From assembly GCF_036365525.1 (NCBI RefSeq), contig NC_090394.1, positions 49,660,198-49,724,197 on the forward strand: a stretch of DNA of 64,000 nucleotides. The letters are read 5' to 3'. This stretch comes from Heterodontus francisci. Lineage: Eukaryota. The translations under genes and the position numbers were made by a program. Below the pieces are notes generated by a model. That model was given only the letters and a program-made list of their open reading frames with translations, ran no database searches and was not told where the DNA came from. Below, piece by piece: positions 1 to 11,479 of the stretch (positions are counted from its first letter, which is position 1; the number at the start of each line of letters is the position of its first letter).

Positions 1-902
1 TTTCGGGTCAGAAGATTGCTACAGAAAGTAAAAAAATCGATTTGTTCTTAAAATAAAAGTTTGTGATGGATGGTAGGCTCTGTCCTGGGTGATATTCGTA
101 AATAATTCTGTATTATACACTAAGAAAATTAAATAGTTGTGAAAAAATTCAAATATTAAAAAAATAAATTTGCCCATTCAAACTTCCTATGATTGAGGAG
201 GTTTAGCCTTCAGAAGCCTCCGTTCAGTTAGGGTCTCAGCTTTGCCTTCAGCTCCTTTTCCACAGGTTGCATCATTCATCTTGGCTTTGGATTCGAACAT
301 TGTTCTGGCTTTCATGCATGGCTTACCTAACTACCCTTCATTATCCTTCTGAATTGTGTATTTACAAGTTGTCAGGCCTTTGTGCGTGCGTATCATCAAT
401 GCCAGTCACACCAATGTTAATTAAGAAACTATAAAATATATGCAATGGTTGTCACACAGTTTCTGTGGGCAGCACAATCCTTCATCCCATTCACAAAAGT
501 CAGATACTGAATTACTACAACCCACTAACACATACTATTCTTCGGCAATGAAGTGCATGGATGTGGACAGCATTATAGGCACATACCACTTTATGCAAAT
601 GAAGCCAACTCATTGGGTCTATATCAGTCCGAAACAATTGATTCAATTAGAAAAAAAATATACAGGGGCAGTGTGCAGTTTTCTTTATAACAATCTTCCC
701 CGAAAGAACAAGTCATGGAACTTTAATGGGTACAGATGAGGAGGACCATTCAGCCCAATTGTCCTAGAGCCTACTTCACTACATGAGCTTCACTCTCAGT
801 TTATGACGTCGCGGGCTGGACTGAATTACTGCCCTACATATTCCATTCCAGAGTTATTGTTTCATATCTACACTGAAAAATAATGTGATGTAATTTTTAG
901 AG

Positions 903-1199
903 ATATAGCACTGAAACAGGCTCTTCAGCCCACCGAGTCTGTGCCGACCAACAACCATCCATTTATACTAATCCTACATTAATCCCATATTCTCCTACCA
1001 CTTACCTACACTAGGGGCAATTTACAATGGCCAATTTACCCATCAACCTGCAAGTCTTTGGCTGTGGGAGGAAACCAGAGCACCCAGCGGAAACCCACGC
1101 AGTCACAAGGAGAACTTGCAAACTCCGCACAGGCAGTATCCAGAACTGAACCCGGGTCGCTGGAGCTGTGAGGCTGCGGTGCTAACCACTGCGCCGCCC
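903..1199 (-). mobile_element. tRNA-derived V-SINE (HE1-like)
   Basis: The reverse complement has a tRNA-like head (GGGCGGCGCAGTGGTTAGCACC...GGGTTCAG), a V-domain-like GTGGGTTTCCGCTGGGTGCTCTGGTTTCCTCCCAC segment and a CR1-like tail. It is highly similar to the copy at 14987-15338. Confidence 0.85.
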
Positions 1200-1310
1200 G
1201 AAAAGAAAATTAATGTTCCTAAACGTAGAATAATCTTTCAACTAACTGAATATCATGTACCATTTTTACACATAACCTGCTTTCAACTGAAACAGATCAT
1301 ATACATACAT

Positions 1311-2247
1311 TGTTATGAAGATGCTTCTATATTCTTTAAGTATTTATTTGAAGACTCATATTTAAATTGTGGAGAGGGATTCATTGGAAGGCTGAAGATT
1401 TCATAAATGCTGGGCTTTGTTTTGTTGTTGACAGTTCACTGAAAGGTCATTGAGATGTGTTTGAAAACAACCTTTGCTGGAAATCGTGCTTTAAACACAA
1501 TAAACAACAGAAAACTTGGTGACTTGGGGAAGATGTTTACAGAGAAGCCACATGTCAAGCTTTATAGAAGTCCGGAGGTTGACTTTCTGTTGTGGTTTCA
1601 CTTCTGAGATATTGTTTTGGTTCAGTTGGGGTGTGAACTGTTTTGAAGACAGTTGGTGTTTTGCCTGTCAAGGAAAAAGAAACCACACAGCTCACCTCTT
1701 TCTCTACCTTTTTGAAGAAACCCTGCAAAGATCCAATGTGGGAGAACTAAAATCCCTGGTACTGCATCTCTCCTGAGAAGCTGGAAAAACCTGCCAGATT
1801 AATTCTCAATGCCGGCTGAAAAGAACTACGTTAGACAAGATCCCAGTGACTCGTCTCCGTATACTTCCTTCCATATCTTCTCGTTTTTCTTCAAGAATTA
1901 GCAAGTATTTGGCCAAAGTAATTTCTTGTCATTTTTTTGTAACAGACCTCTGCAGAGAGAATTTCTGTATTTTTTCTGTGTGTGAGTAGGGAATTTAAAA
2001 AGGGGACTTTCATATTTCAACCTGTGTGTTAATGCTTTGCTTCGTTACTGGATAAGTCTTGTTTGATAATTATTAAACAACAGAATTATCAGTTTAAGAA
2101 ACCTGGTTGGTGCATTTCATTCTGGGATAAAGAGTAGAGTATATGATTGACCGAATTGGTAATTGGGTAAACATTTTTAAAATATATGTAGGGATTTGCA
2201 GAGAAGTGGGACGAGAAAAGACAGTGCTCTCCTCCCACCTCGTAACA
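1311..2247. mobile_element. Solo LTR (Gypsy/ERV-like) with 4-bp TSD
   Basis: Begins TGTTATGA and ends TCGTAACA (TG...CA, 8-bp imperfect inverted termini). ACAT flanks it at 1307-1310 and 2248-2251. No long ORF. Confidence 0.75.
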
Positions 2248-2267
2248 ACATGTACTTCTGAAATTAC

Positions 2268-2405
2268 CTGTGTTGCTGTCCAGTTCCACTATCATGTTCT
2301 TATTTGTGAACAGTCTCCTCTGGCATGATGGTTTGCATGTCAACTGGCACAAAATCCTTTTTGGTTTGCACTGTAAACTTTTAATAGCAGAAAGTGATGT
2401 GTGTC
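2268..2405 (-). CDS. ECI1: ECI1-like coding exon 2 (rest of mitochondrial presequence and start of mature crotonase-fold protein)
   Basis: Acceptor ttttgtgtttcag| and donor CAG|gtaatt; 138 nt, phase 1-1. Encodes (G)HTSLSAIKSLQCKPKRILCQLTCKPSCQRRLFTNKNMIVELDSNT(G): a basic, acid-poor presequence followed by a segment resembling vertebrate ECI1 RRFGSQRVLVEPDAGAG (recalled). Phase matches exon 1. Confidence 0.72.
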
Positions 2406-2859
2406 CTGAAACACAAAAGTTTTGCAACTTTTAAATGCTCGGGGAATGATAGCACCTGATCACAACAGTTTTTCATTCATTGTAAGTCAATTTAGGTAAC
2501 ATCAAAATGTTTACAACTCTTAAAAGTTGAAATCTTAAGATATTTTGTTGCAATAGCAACCCAAAACCAGCTTCCAAATAACAACCAATGACAAACCCTG
2601 ATAATAGACAGTGGCACTGTTCCCAATTATGAACCAAATAATAATTCCTAATAAAACCCCAGGATAAATCTAGGAAGAAACCAGCAAGAAGTCCCAGTAA
2701 CTACCAGTAACAAGCCCCCAAAACAAATCCTTGATAGTAAACCCCTAATAATACATTCCAAACCCGAATTCTAATGGAAGCAATATACTGGTGGAGAGGA
2801 TAAATAGAACAATGGGGTAGATTTAAAATAGATTGGTTGGAAGGACATTTAAAGAGCAG

Positions 2860-4210
2860 GAAACAAGGAGTACAGACGTGTGCCACATAGCAAACTTACT
2901 GAAAGTAGGTATTTTACAGCAGAATAAGAACAAACTGAAGAAAAAAAGGGAGATCAAGAGGAATGGGAACTTAAGGGTAGACTGCATCAAGGAGTGGAGG
3001 TTAAGCGTCTTAAAATACAAATGCCAAGGAACATTCAGAATAAACCAGATGATCTGAGCTCCATATATGACAGAATTATATTACAAGTATTAAAGTTGTG
3101 GTTAAATAAGGATAATGAATGGTGGCAATCTCAAAAGACATAAATTAATGCATAAGAACGATGAGAATAGGCCAGAGGCAATGTTGCATTTTATACAAAA
3201 CAAATGAAAAGGTAAATAATTAAATCTGGACTCAGTATGGACAAGTTAAAGGTGTTATGGACTGAGATAAGGAACCAGAATAAGCTAGTTGTTGGGATCT
3301 GTGCCAGTCACTAAGTCTGGTTGAGGCTACAGATACTGAACCATGCAAAAAGGATTAGGGAGGTCTGTCTGAGCATCATTATGATTGGGGGAATTTTAAG
3401 ATACCAGAAATGAAGAAGAATGGGGAGATTAGAAATAAAAAGAGTTATTTGGTGGTGTGGAAGAGACCATGCTTCAAAACAATGTCAGAAAACCTGGTGC
3501 ATTTAAGGGGAAGCTACATAAACACAAGGGAGAAAGAAATAGGTTATCCTAATAGGGTTAGATGAAGCAGGGTGGGAGAACACTTGTGTTGAGCATAAAG
3601 ACTGACTTGGACAGGTTGGGCTGAATAGCAGGTTTCTGTGCTGTACATTCTATGTAATTCCTTGAGCTAACTGAGCTTGTGGATCAAGGGAACTCTGTGA
3701 ACAGGTTAGATTTCAGCAAAGCTATGAAGTATGCATGAGTATGTGAAGAATATAAAGTAGAAATGCATGGGATAGTTGGGTAGATATTGAAGTGGATTGG
3801 TATAGTCTGCAACAAGTGAGTCCAAGAAACTGTTATATGGCAGGAGGTGGTTAGTGTATTACCTATGTCTTTATTATCCAAGTTGTATATCAATTACTTG
3901 GAGTCAGGAATAGAGGCAAAACTTTCTACATTTTACTTTCCTGATGACACCAAAGTGGATGAGGGTGGGGATTGCAAAGAATCAAGAGTGGGTAGATCAG
4001 GTGCAGGGAGTCCTAAATAGGTTGAGAAGCTGGGCTGAGAAATGACAAATAGAACTCAATGGTGACAAATGCAAAGTTGGGGAGGGAGAGAAAAGAATAA
4101 GGCAAAAAGCCATAAACCTAACCGTCTTAGCCTACAGGATAAAATCAGGAAAAAACATTAGGGACATTTGTGGACATACTGAAACCAACTGCAGTAAATG
4201 AAGCAACTCG
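2860..4210 (+). mobile_element. Highly degraded CR1-type LINE remnants
   Basis: Fragments of RT-region DNA (gatttcagcaaagc, cctgatgacaccaaagt, ctgggctgagaaatgacaaatagaactcaat) with many stops. Confidence 0.5.
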
Positions 4211-4335
4211 GATATTAGATTGTACAGCACAGAACAGAACACAGATGAGAGGATGTACTGGCAGTGAATTGTGTATTATTGGTGCGCAGTGACTGGGACA
4301 ATGGCAGTGAGTGGTGAGCAGGGTATTGGTACTGT

Positions 4336-4613
4336 GTGGTGATTGGTAGAAGGATTAGATGGGACATGAGGAAAAACTTTTTGACCCAGAGGGTGGTGGG
4401 TGTCTGGAATTCACTGCCAGGAACAGTGGTGGAGGCAGAAACCCTCAATTCTTTTAAAAGGTACCTGGACATGCATCTGAAGTGTTGTAACCTGCAAGGC
4501 TATGGACCAGGTGCTGAAAGGTGGGATTAAATTGGGCAGCTAGTTTTTTTCGGCTGACGGCACACAACAGGCTAAATGGCCTCCTTCTGTGCCGTACGTT
4601 TTCTATGGTTCTA
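4336..4613 (+). mobile_element. CR1 LINE 3' fragment
   Basis: Encodes the CR1 C-terminal motif RKNFLTQRVVGVWNSLP and ends in a (TTCTATGG)n tail. TGGTACT occurs on both sides. Confidence 0.85.
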
Positions 4614-4721
4614 TGGTACTTAACACTGAATACTGGCAGTGAGCGCAGTTCTAGCAGTAGGCAGGGTGCAGGTGATGTATCGGCACTGTACAGGCGCTAA
4701 GTCGGGTTGCAGGAGCTGAGC

Positions 4722-6140
4722 TGGCAGTGGGAGGGGTGCAGGCACCGGACTGGCAGTGAGAGGGGTGCAGGCACCGGACTGGCAGTGAGAGGGGTGCAGG
4801 CACCGGACTGGCAGTGAGAGGGGTGCAGGCACCGGACTGGCAGTGAGAGGGGTGCAGGCACTGGACTGGCAATGAGAGGGGTGCAGGCACTGGACTGGCA
4901 GTGAGAGGGGTGCAGGCACCGGACTGGCAGTGAGAGGGGTGCAGGCACTGGACTGGCAATGAGAGGGGTGCAGGCACTGGACTGGCAGTGAGAGGGGTAC
5001 CAGCACTGGACTGGCAGTGAGCAGGGTACAAGCACTGGACTGGCAATCAATGGGGTATAGGCACTGGACTGGCAGTGTGCCAGGTACAGGCACTGGACTG
5101 GCAGTCAATGGGGTATAGGCACTGGACTGGCAGTGAGCAGGGTACAGGCACTGGACTGGCAGTCAATGGGGTATAGGCACTGGACTGGCAGTGAGCAGGG
5201 TACAGGCACTGGACTGGCAGTCAATTGGGTACAGGCGCTGGCCTGGCAGTGAGCAGGGTACAGGCGCTGGACTGGTAGTGAGCCGGGTACAGGCACTGGA
5301 CTGGCAGTCAATTGGGTACAGGCGCTGGCCTGGCAGTGAGCGGGGTACAGGCACTGGACTGGCAGTGAGCAGGGTACAGGCACTGGACTGGCAGTCAATG
5401 GGGTACAGGCACTGGCCTGGCAGTGAGCGGGGTACAGGCACTGGACTGGCAGTCAATGGGGTACAGGCGCTGGACTGGCAGTGAGCGGGGTACAGGCACT
5501 GGACTGGCAGACAATGGGGTACAGGCGCTGGCCTGGCAGTGAGCAGGGTACAGGCGCTGGCCTGGCAGTGAGCAGGGTACAGGCACTGGACTGGCAGTCA
5601 ATGGGGTACAGGCGCTGGACTGGCAGTCAATGGGGTACAGGCACTGGCCTGGCAGTCAACGGGGTACAGGCGCTGGCCTGGCAGTGAGCAGGGTACAGGC
5701 ACTGGACTGGCAGTCAATGGGGTACAGGCGCTGGACTGGCAGTGAGCAGGGTACAGGCGCTGGACTGGCAGTGAGCGGGGTACAGGCGCTGGACTGGCAG
5801 TGAGCGGGGTACAGGCGCTGGACTGGCAGTGAGCGGGGTACTGGCGCTGGACTGGCAGTGAGCGGGGTACAGGCGCTGGACTGGCAGTCAATGGGGTACA
5901 GGCACTGGACTGGCAGTCAACGGGGTACAGGCACTGGCCTGGCAGTGAGCAGGGTACAGGCACTGGACTGGCAGTCAATGGGGTACAGGCGCTGGACTGG
6001 CAGTGAGCGGGGTACAGGCGCTGGACTGGCAGTGAGCGGGGTACAGGCGCTGGACTGGCAGTGAGCGGGGTACAGGCGCTGGACTGTCAGTCAATGGGGT
6101 ACAGGCGCTGGCCTGGCAGTGAGCGGGGTACAGGCGCTGT
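4722..6140. repeat. 29-bp minisatellite, about 49 copies, in ECI1 intron 1
   Basis: Unit GGCAGTGAGAGGGGTGCAGGCACCGGACT drifts to GGCAGTGAGCGGGGTACAGGCGCTGGACT, with GGCAGTCAATGGGGTA variants. It explains the repetitive ORFs at 4620-6064. Confidence 0.97.
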
Positions 6141-6316
6141 AGCGAAGCTAGGCTGGCGGTGAGCTTTGTAGAACGTATCTGAAATCCTAGATTCTTTACT
6201 GTGAGCTATATGTTTGGGCCGCAGATAAGTTCGGTCTTACTTAGAGCAGTGAGCACCAACCCCGCTCCTGCAGTTCCCATCCCACTTACGGCAGCTGAAT
6301 ATTTAATATAACAGAC

Positions 6317-6347
6317 CTGAACAAACCGCCCTCAGCAACGCCGCCAT
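6317..6347 (-). CDS. ECI1: ECI1-like coding exon 1 (MAALLRAVCS-G)
   Basis: agaATGGCGGCG start in a CpG-rich context; 31 nt; donor CAG|gtctgt in phase 1 joins exon 2 to make GGA. The N-terminus looks like a mitochondrial targeting peptide. Confidence 0.65.
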
Positions 6348-6455
6348 TCTCCGCCAGGAACCGGAAGCGGCAAGCCGCCTACAGCGCCGCCAGTCGGGGT
6401 ATGTCGGTATGACAGCCTAGCAGGCAGCAGTGGCTTTGCAGCCAGAGGAGGGTGT
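6335..6455 (-). promoter_or_regulatory. CpG-rich housekeeping promoter of the ECI1-like gene
   Basis: Local CpG cluster, ETS/GABP-type ACCGGAAG at about 6360-6367, and a YY1-like AATGGCGG overlapping the start codon. Confidence 0.55.
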
Positions 6456-6466
6456 GAGTGCTGGCA

Positions 6467-8627
6467 GAAAAACAAAAAATGCTGGAAATATTCAGCAGGT
6501 CTGGCAGCATCTGTAGAGAGAGAAGCAAAGTTAATGTTTCAGATCAGTGACCCTTCATCAGAACTGACAAATATTAGAAATGTAAAAGGTTATAAGCAAG
6601 TAAAGCGGGGATGGGGAAAGAGATAACAAAGGAGAAGGTGTAGATAGAACAAAGTCACAGAATAACTGACCAAAAGGTCATGGAGCAAAGGCAACCTGTA
6701 TGTTAATGGTGTGATGAAAGGCAAAGTGTTAGTACAGAGAGGGTGTGAATTGACAGTAAAGCACAAAGAACTCCAAGCACAAACATGAAAAAAAAAATTT
6801 AAAAGACAGTGAGTAGGCACAGTAGAAACAAACTAAACACACTAAAAAAACTAAAATAAAATAACCAAAGAAAAAAGAAAAAAATAACAAAACATAAAAA
6901 GGGGGGAGGTGTGGAGGTGGGGGTGGGGGTGGGGGGCCGTCATGCTCTGAAATTATTGAATTCAATGTTAAGTCCAGCAGGCTGTAGCGTACCTAATCGG
7001 TAAATGTGGTGCTGTTCCTCGAGCTTGCCTTGATGTTTGCTGGAACACTGCAGTAATCCCAGGACACAGATGTGAGCAGGAGGGAGGGGGGGCGGGGGGG
7101 AGGGGTGTTGAAATGGGCAGCAACCGGAAGCTCGGAATCATGCATATGGACCAAGCTGAGGTGTTCCGCAAAGCGGTCACCCAATCTGCGTTTGGTCTCC
7201 CCAATGTAGAGGAGACCACATTGTGAGCAGCGAATACAATTTAGTAAATTGAAAGAAGTACAAGTAAATCGCTGCTTCACCTGAAAGGAGTGTTTAGGCC
7301 TTGGATAGTGAGGGGGAAATGAGGTGGTGGCGGTAATGGAGGAGGGGACGAGGGTGTCGCAGAGGGAACGATCCCTTCGGAATGCTGACAGAGGAGAGGA
7401 GGGGAAGATGCATTTGGTAGTGGCATCACACTGGAGGTGGCGGAAGTGGCGGAGGATGATCCTTTGGATGTGGAGGCTGGTGTGGAAAGTGAGGACAAGG
7501 GGAACCCTGTCGCGGTTCTGAGAGGGAGGGGAAGGGGTGAGGGTAGAGGTGCGGGAAATGGGCTGGATACAGTTGAGGGCCCTGTTAACCACAGTGGGGG
7601 GGAATCCTCGGTTGAGGAAAAAGGAAGACATATCAGAAGCACTGTCGTGGAAGGTGGCATCATCAGAGCAGATGCATTAGAGACGGCAAAACTGGGAGAA
7701 TGGAATGGAGTCCTTACAGGAGGCAGGGTGTGAAGAAGTATAGTCGAGGTAGCTGCGGGAGTCACTGGGCTTATAATGGATATTACTTGAAGGAAGTGAG
7801 TGGAGTTGAAGGAGAAGTTGTTCAATGTGAGAACAAGTTCAGTCAGGCGGAGGAGGGTGGTGGTGGATGGGGACTGGTTGGGCCTCTGTTGAAGGAAGAA
7901 GCGGAGAGCCCTCAAACCGTCCTGGTGGGGGATGGAGGTGTAGAGAGATTGGATGTCCCTAGTGAAGAGGAGGCGGTTAGGGCCAGGAAACTGGAAATTG
8001 TCAAAATGACGGAGGGCGTCAGAAGAGTCACGGATGTAGGTGGGAAGAGACTGGACCAAGGGAGAAAGGATAGAGTCAAGATAGGAAGAAATAAGTTTAG
8101 GGGGGCAGGAACAGGCTGAAGCAATGGGTCTACCGGCTCAGTCCTGTTTGTGGATTTTGGGAAGGAGGTAGAAGCGGGCTGTCTGGGGTTGAGGGACTAT
8201 GAGGTTGGAAGCTGTAGAGGGAAGATCTCCAGAGGAGATAAGGTCAGTGACAGTCCTGTGGACAGTCGCTTGATGTTCGGTGGTGGGGTAATGGTCCAGG
8301 GGGATGTAGGAAGAAGTGTCTGAGAGTTGGTGCTGAGCCTCTGCAAGGTAGAGGTCGGTATGCCAGACAACAACAGCACCACCTTTATCTGCAGGCTTGA
8401 TGACAATGTCGGGGTTAGACCTGAGAGAACGGAGTGCGGCAAGTTCAGAGGGAGACAGGCTAGAGTGAGTGAGGGGGGGGGGCAGAGAAATTGAGACAGC
8501 TGATGTCTCGCCAACAGTTTTCAATGAAAAACTCAGGAGCGGGTAGGAGGCCAGAGGGAGGGGTCAAGGTAGAGGGAGAATTCTGGAGACGGGTGAATGG
8601 GTCCCCTGGTTGGGGGAAGGGCGGGAC
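6467..8627 (-). mobile_element. Penelope-like element (Neptune-type), left arm of inverted pair, 5'-truncated with internal deletions
   Basis: Minus-strand ORFs contain IKPADKGGAVVV, FYLLPKIHK, DIQSLYTSIPH (PLE RT) and CIRCSQCGLLYIGETKRRLGDRFAEH (GIY-YIG endonuclease). The RT core is deleted near 7785. Confidence 0.92.
6529..6565 (-). ncRNA. Minimal type I hammerhead ribozyme motif in PLE end
   Basis: AGTT-CTGATGA-A-GGGTCACTGATCT-GAAA-CATT-AACT: stem I AGTT/AACT with conserved core boxes. The stem III palindrome is broken (CATT). Confidence 0.6.
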
Positions 8628-8629
8628 AT

Positions 8630-10855
8630 CGACCCACCACCGAACATCAAGCTACTGTCCACAGGACTGTCACAGACCTCATCTCCTCTGGAGATCTTCC
8701 CTCTACAGCTTCCAACCTCATAGTCCCACAACCCCGGACAGCCCACTTCTACCTCCTTCCCAAAATCCACAAACAGGACTGTTCCAGCAGACCCATTGTT
8801 TCAGCCTGTTCCTACCCCACTGAACTTATTTCTTCCTATCTTGACTCTATCTTTCCTCCCCTGGTCCAGTCTCTTCCCACCTACATCCGTGACTCTTTTG
8901 ATGCCCTATGTCATTTTGACAATTTCCAGTTTCCTGGCCCTGACCACCTCTTCTTCAGTATGGACGTCCAATCTCTCTACATCTCCATCCCCACGAGGAT
9001 GGTTTGAGGGCTCTCCACTTCTTTCTTGAAGAGAGGCCCAACCAGTCCCCATCCACCACCACCCTCCTCCGCCTGGCTGAACGTTCTCACATTGAACAAC
9101 TTATCCTTCAACTCCACTCACTTCCTTCAAGTAAAAGGTGTTGCTATGGGTACCTGCATGGGTCCTAGTTATGCCTGTCTTTTTGTGGGATATGTTGAAT
9201 ATTTCTTGTTCCAGTCCTACTCAGGCCCCCTCCCATAACTCTTTTTCCGGTACATTGATGACAGTATCGGTGCCATTTCCTGCTCCTGCCCCGAACTGGA
9301 AAACTTTATCAACTTTGCTTCCAATTTCCACCCTTCTCTCACCTTCACACGGTCCATCTCTGACACTTCCCTTCCCTTCCTCGACTTCTCTGTCTCCATC
9401 TCTGGGGATAGGCTGTCTACTAATATTCATTATAAGCCCACCGACTCCCACAGCTACCTCGACTACACTTCTTCACACCCTGCCTCCTGTAAGGACTCCA
9501 TTCCATTCTCCCAGTTTCTCCGTCTCTGACGCATCTGCTCTGATGATGCCCCCTTCCACGACAGTGCTTCTGATATGTCTTCCTTTTTCCTCAACTGAGG
9601 ATTCCCCACGACTGTGGTTGGCAGGGCCCTCAACTGTGTCCAGCCCATTTCCCGCACCTCTACCCTCACCCTTTCCCCTCCCTCCCAGAACCGCGACAGG
9701 GTTCCCCATTGCCCTCACTTTCCACCCCACCAGCCTCCACATCCAAAGGATCATCCTCCGCCACTTCCGCCACCTCCAGTGTGATGCCACTACCAAACGC
9801 AGCTTCCCCTCCCTTCCCTTCCTCAGCATTCTGAAGGGATTGTTCCCTCTGTGACACCCTCGTCCCCTCCTCCATTACCCCCACCACCTCGTCCCCTTCC
9901 CATGGCACCTTCCCCTGCAATTGCAGGAGGTGTAATACCTGCCCATTTACCTCCTCTCTCCTCACTATCCCAGGCCCCAAACACTCCTTTCAGGTGAAGC
10001 AGCGATTTACTTGTACGTCTTTCAATTTACTAAACTGTATTCGCTGCTCACAATGTGGTCTCCTCTACATTGGGGAGACCAAATGCAGATTGGGTGACCG
10101 CTTTGCGGAACACCTCCGCTCAGTCCGTAAGCATGACCCGAGCTTCCGGTTGCTGGCCATTTCAACACCCCCCCTGCCCCTGCTCTCATGCTCACATCTC
10201 TGTCCTGGGATTGCTGCAGTGTTCCAGTGAGCATCAAGGCAAGCTCGAGGAACAGCATCTCATTTACCGATTAGGCATGCTACAGCCTGCCGGACAGAAC
10301 ATTGAATTCAATAATTTCAGAGCATGACGTGCCCCCCTCCCCCCTTTATATCTTTAGTTATTTTTTCTTTTTTCTTTTTTATTTGGTAATTTGTTTTGGT
10401 CTTTTTTATTTGGTTATTTTATTGTAGGTTTATTAGTGTGTTTAGTTTGTTACTACTGTGCCTACCCACTGTTTCTGTTTTTTGAAAAAAAAATTTAATG
10501 TTTGTGCTTGGAGTGCTTTGTGCTTTACAGTCTATTCACACCATTTCTGTACTAATGCTTTGTCTTTCACCATACCATTAACATACGGTTTGCCTTTGCT
10601 ACATGACTTTCTGGTCAGTTATTCTCTGTGACCTTGTCCTATCAACACCTCTTTTGTTACCTCTTGCCCTCCCCCGCTTTACTTGCTTAAAACCTTTTAC
10701 ATTTCTAATATTTGTCAGCTCTGATGAAGGGTCACTGATCTGAAACGTTAACTCTGCTTCTCTCTCCACAGATGCTGCCAGACCTGTTGAGTATTTCCAG
10801 CATTCTTGTTTTTATTTCAGATTTCCAGCATCTGCAGTATTTTTCTTTTATTATA
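8630..10855 (+). mobile_element. Penelope-like element (Neptune-type), right arm of inverted pair
   Basis: Contains FYLLPKIHK, MDVQSLY, GVAMGTCMGPSYA, FRYIDD (9243-9260), a Cys-rich linker and the GIY-YIG motif LYIGETK. Frameshifted. Ends in a pLTR-like 3' end. TSD TGAGTGCTGGCA at 6455-6466 and 10856-10867. Confidence 0.92.
10717..10753 (+). ncRNA. Minimal type I hammerhead ribozyme motif in PLE end
   Basis: AGCT-CTGATGA-A-GGGTCACTGATCT-GAAA-CGTT-AACT: CUGAUGA and GAAA core boxes with palindromic AACGTT, as in PLE-associated minimal hammerheads. Confidence 0.7.
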
Positions 10856-11479
10856 TGAGTGCTGGCAATTGGGTTATTATTACAGTACTATAGTACTGTT
10901 AAAGACTATATCCTTTATCTGTTAATGGCAGTATATTTCCAAGTACTATTCACACAAGCACCCACTGACTCTATTCAGCTCCAAGTGGATGCAAATCCAC
11001 AGTTCTTTCACTTTGGACTTTATCTTACAGTTTATTTTATTGGTAGAATTATAGACAGCCTCATTGCTTTCTGATTGATTGATCAGCGACAAATGAAATT
11101 ACATAACTTGAGGGGAAAATTGCATGACAGATGCGGGTATGAAGAGCAATGATTGGGAAATTGGAGCATCAGTGGTAGCGAAAAGCTATGGACGCCATGC
11201 TCCCAATTTGAGCAGGTGTAACAGAGAATTGTTCATCTGGGACCTTGCAGCAGGACCACGATAATCATCCGATGATCCACAGCGGTGTTAACTTTATAGA
11301 AAATTTAAATGATGGGCAAAACTCTGTCTGCTGTCATGATATGCTCCAGAGTTCCCATGAGCAATCTCAGATGTGGATCAACTAGCAGTAAAAGTGGTTA
11401 TCTCACAATAATTAATTGTGTTTCTATAGTGCTCCTGACATGCAGTGAAATGTCTTTAAAAAATTTTACATTAAGAACA

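Noticed and set aside
188-430. Possible minus-strand exon(s) (TAG|GTAAG site; short open frame KPCMKARTMFESKAK...)
   Set aside because: Does not resemble the expected ECI1 exon 3 (VAVM..PPVNSL), and the candidate spliced exon has stops in all three frames.
440-739. 99-aa ORF
   Set aside because: No recognisable motif or splice context, and it is antisense within an intron.
4620-6140. Regularly spaced repeats resembling a CRISPR array, and repetitive ORFs in all frames
   Set aside because: Units are contiguous with no unique spacers, the context is eukaryotic, and no cas genes are present. The 29-bp period cycles through frames, so the ORFs are artefacts.
6200-6450. TELO2 first exon, expected from human synteny
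   Set aside because: The ATG exon splices in phase to an ECI1-like exon, and no TELO2-like coding sequence was seen.
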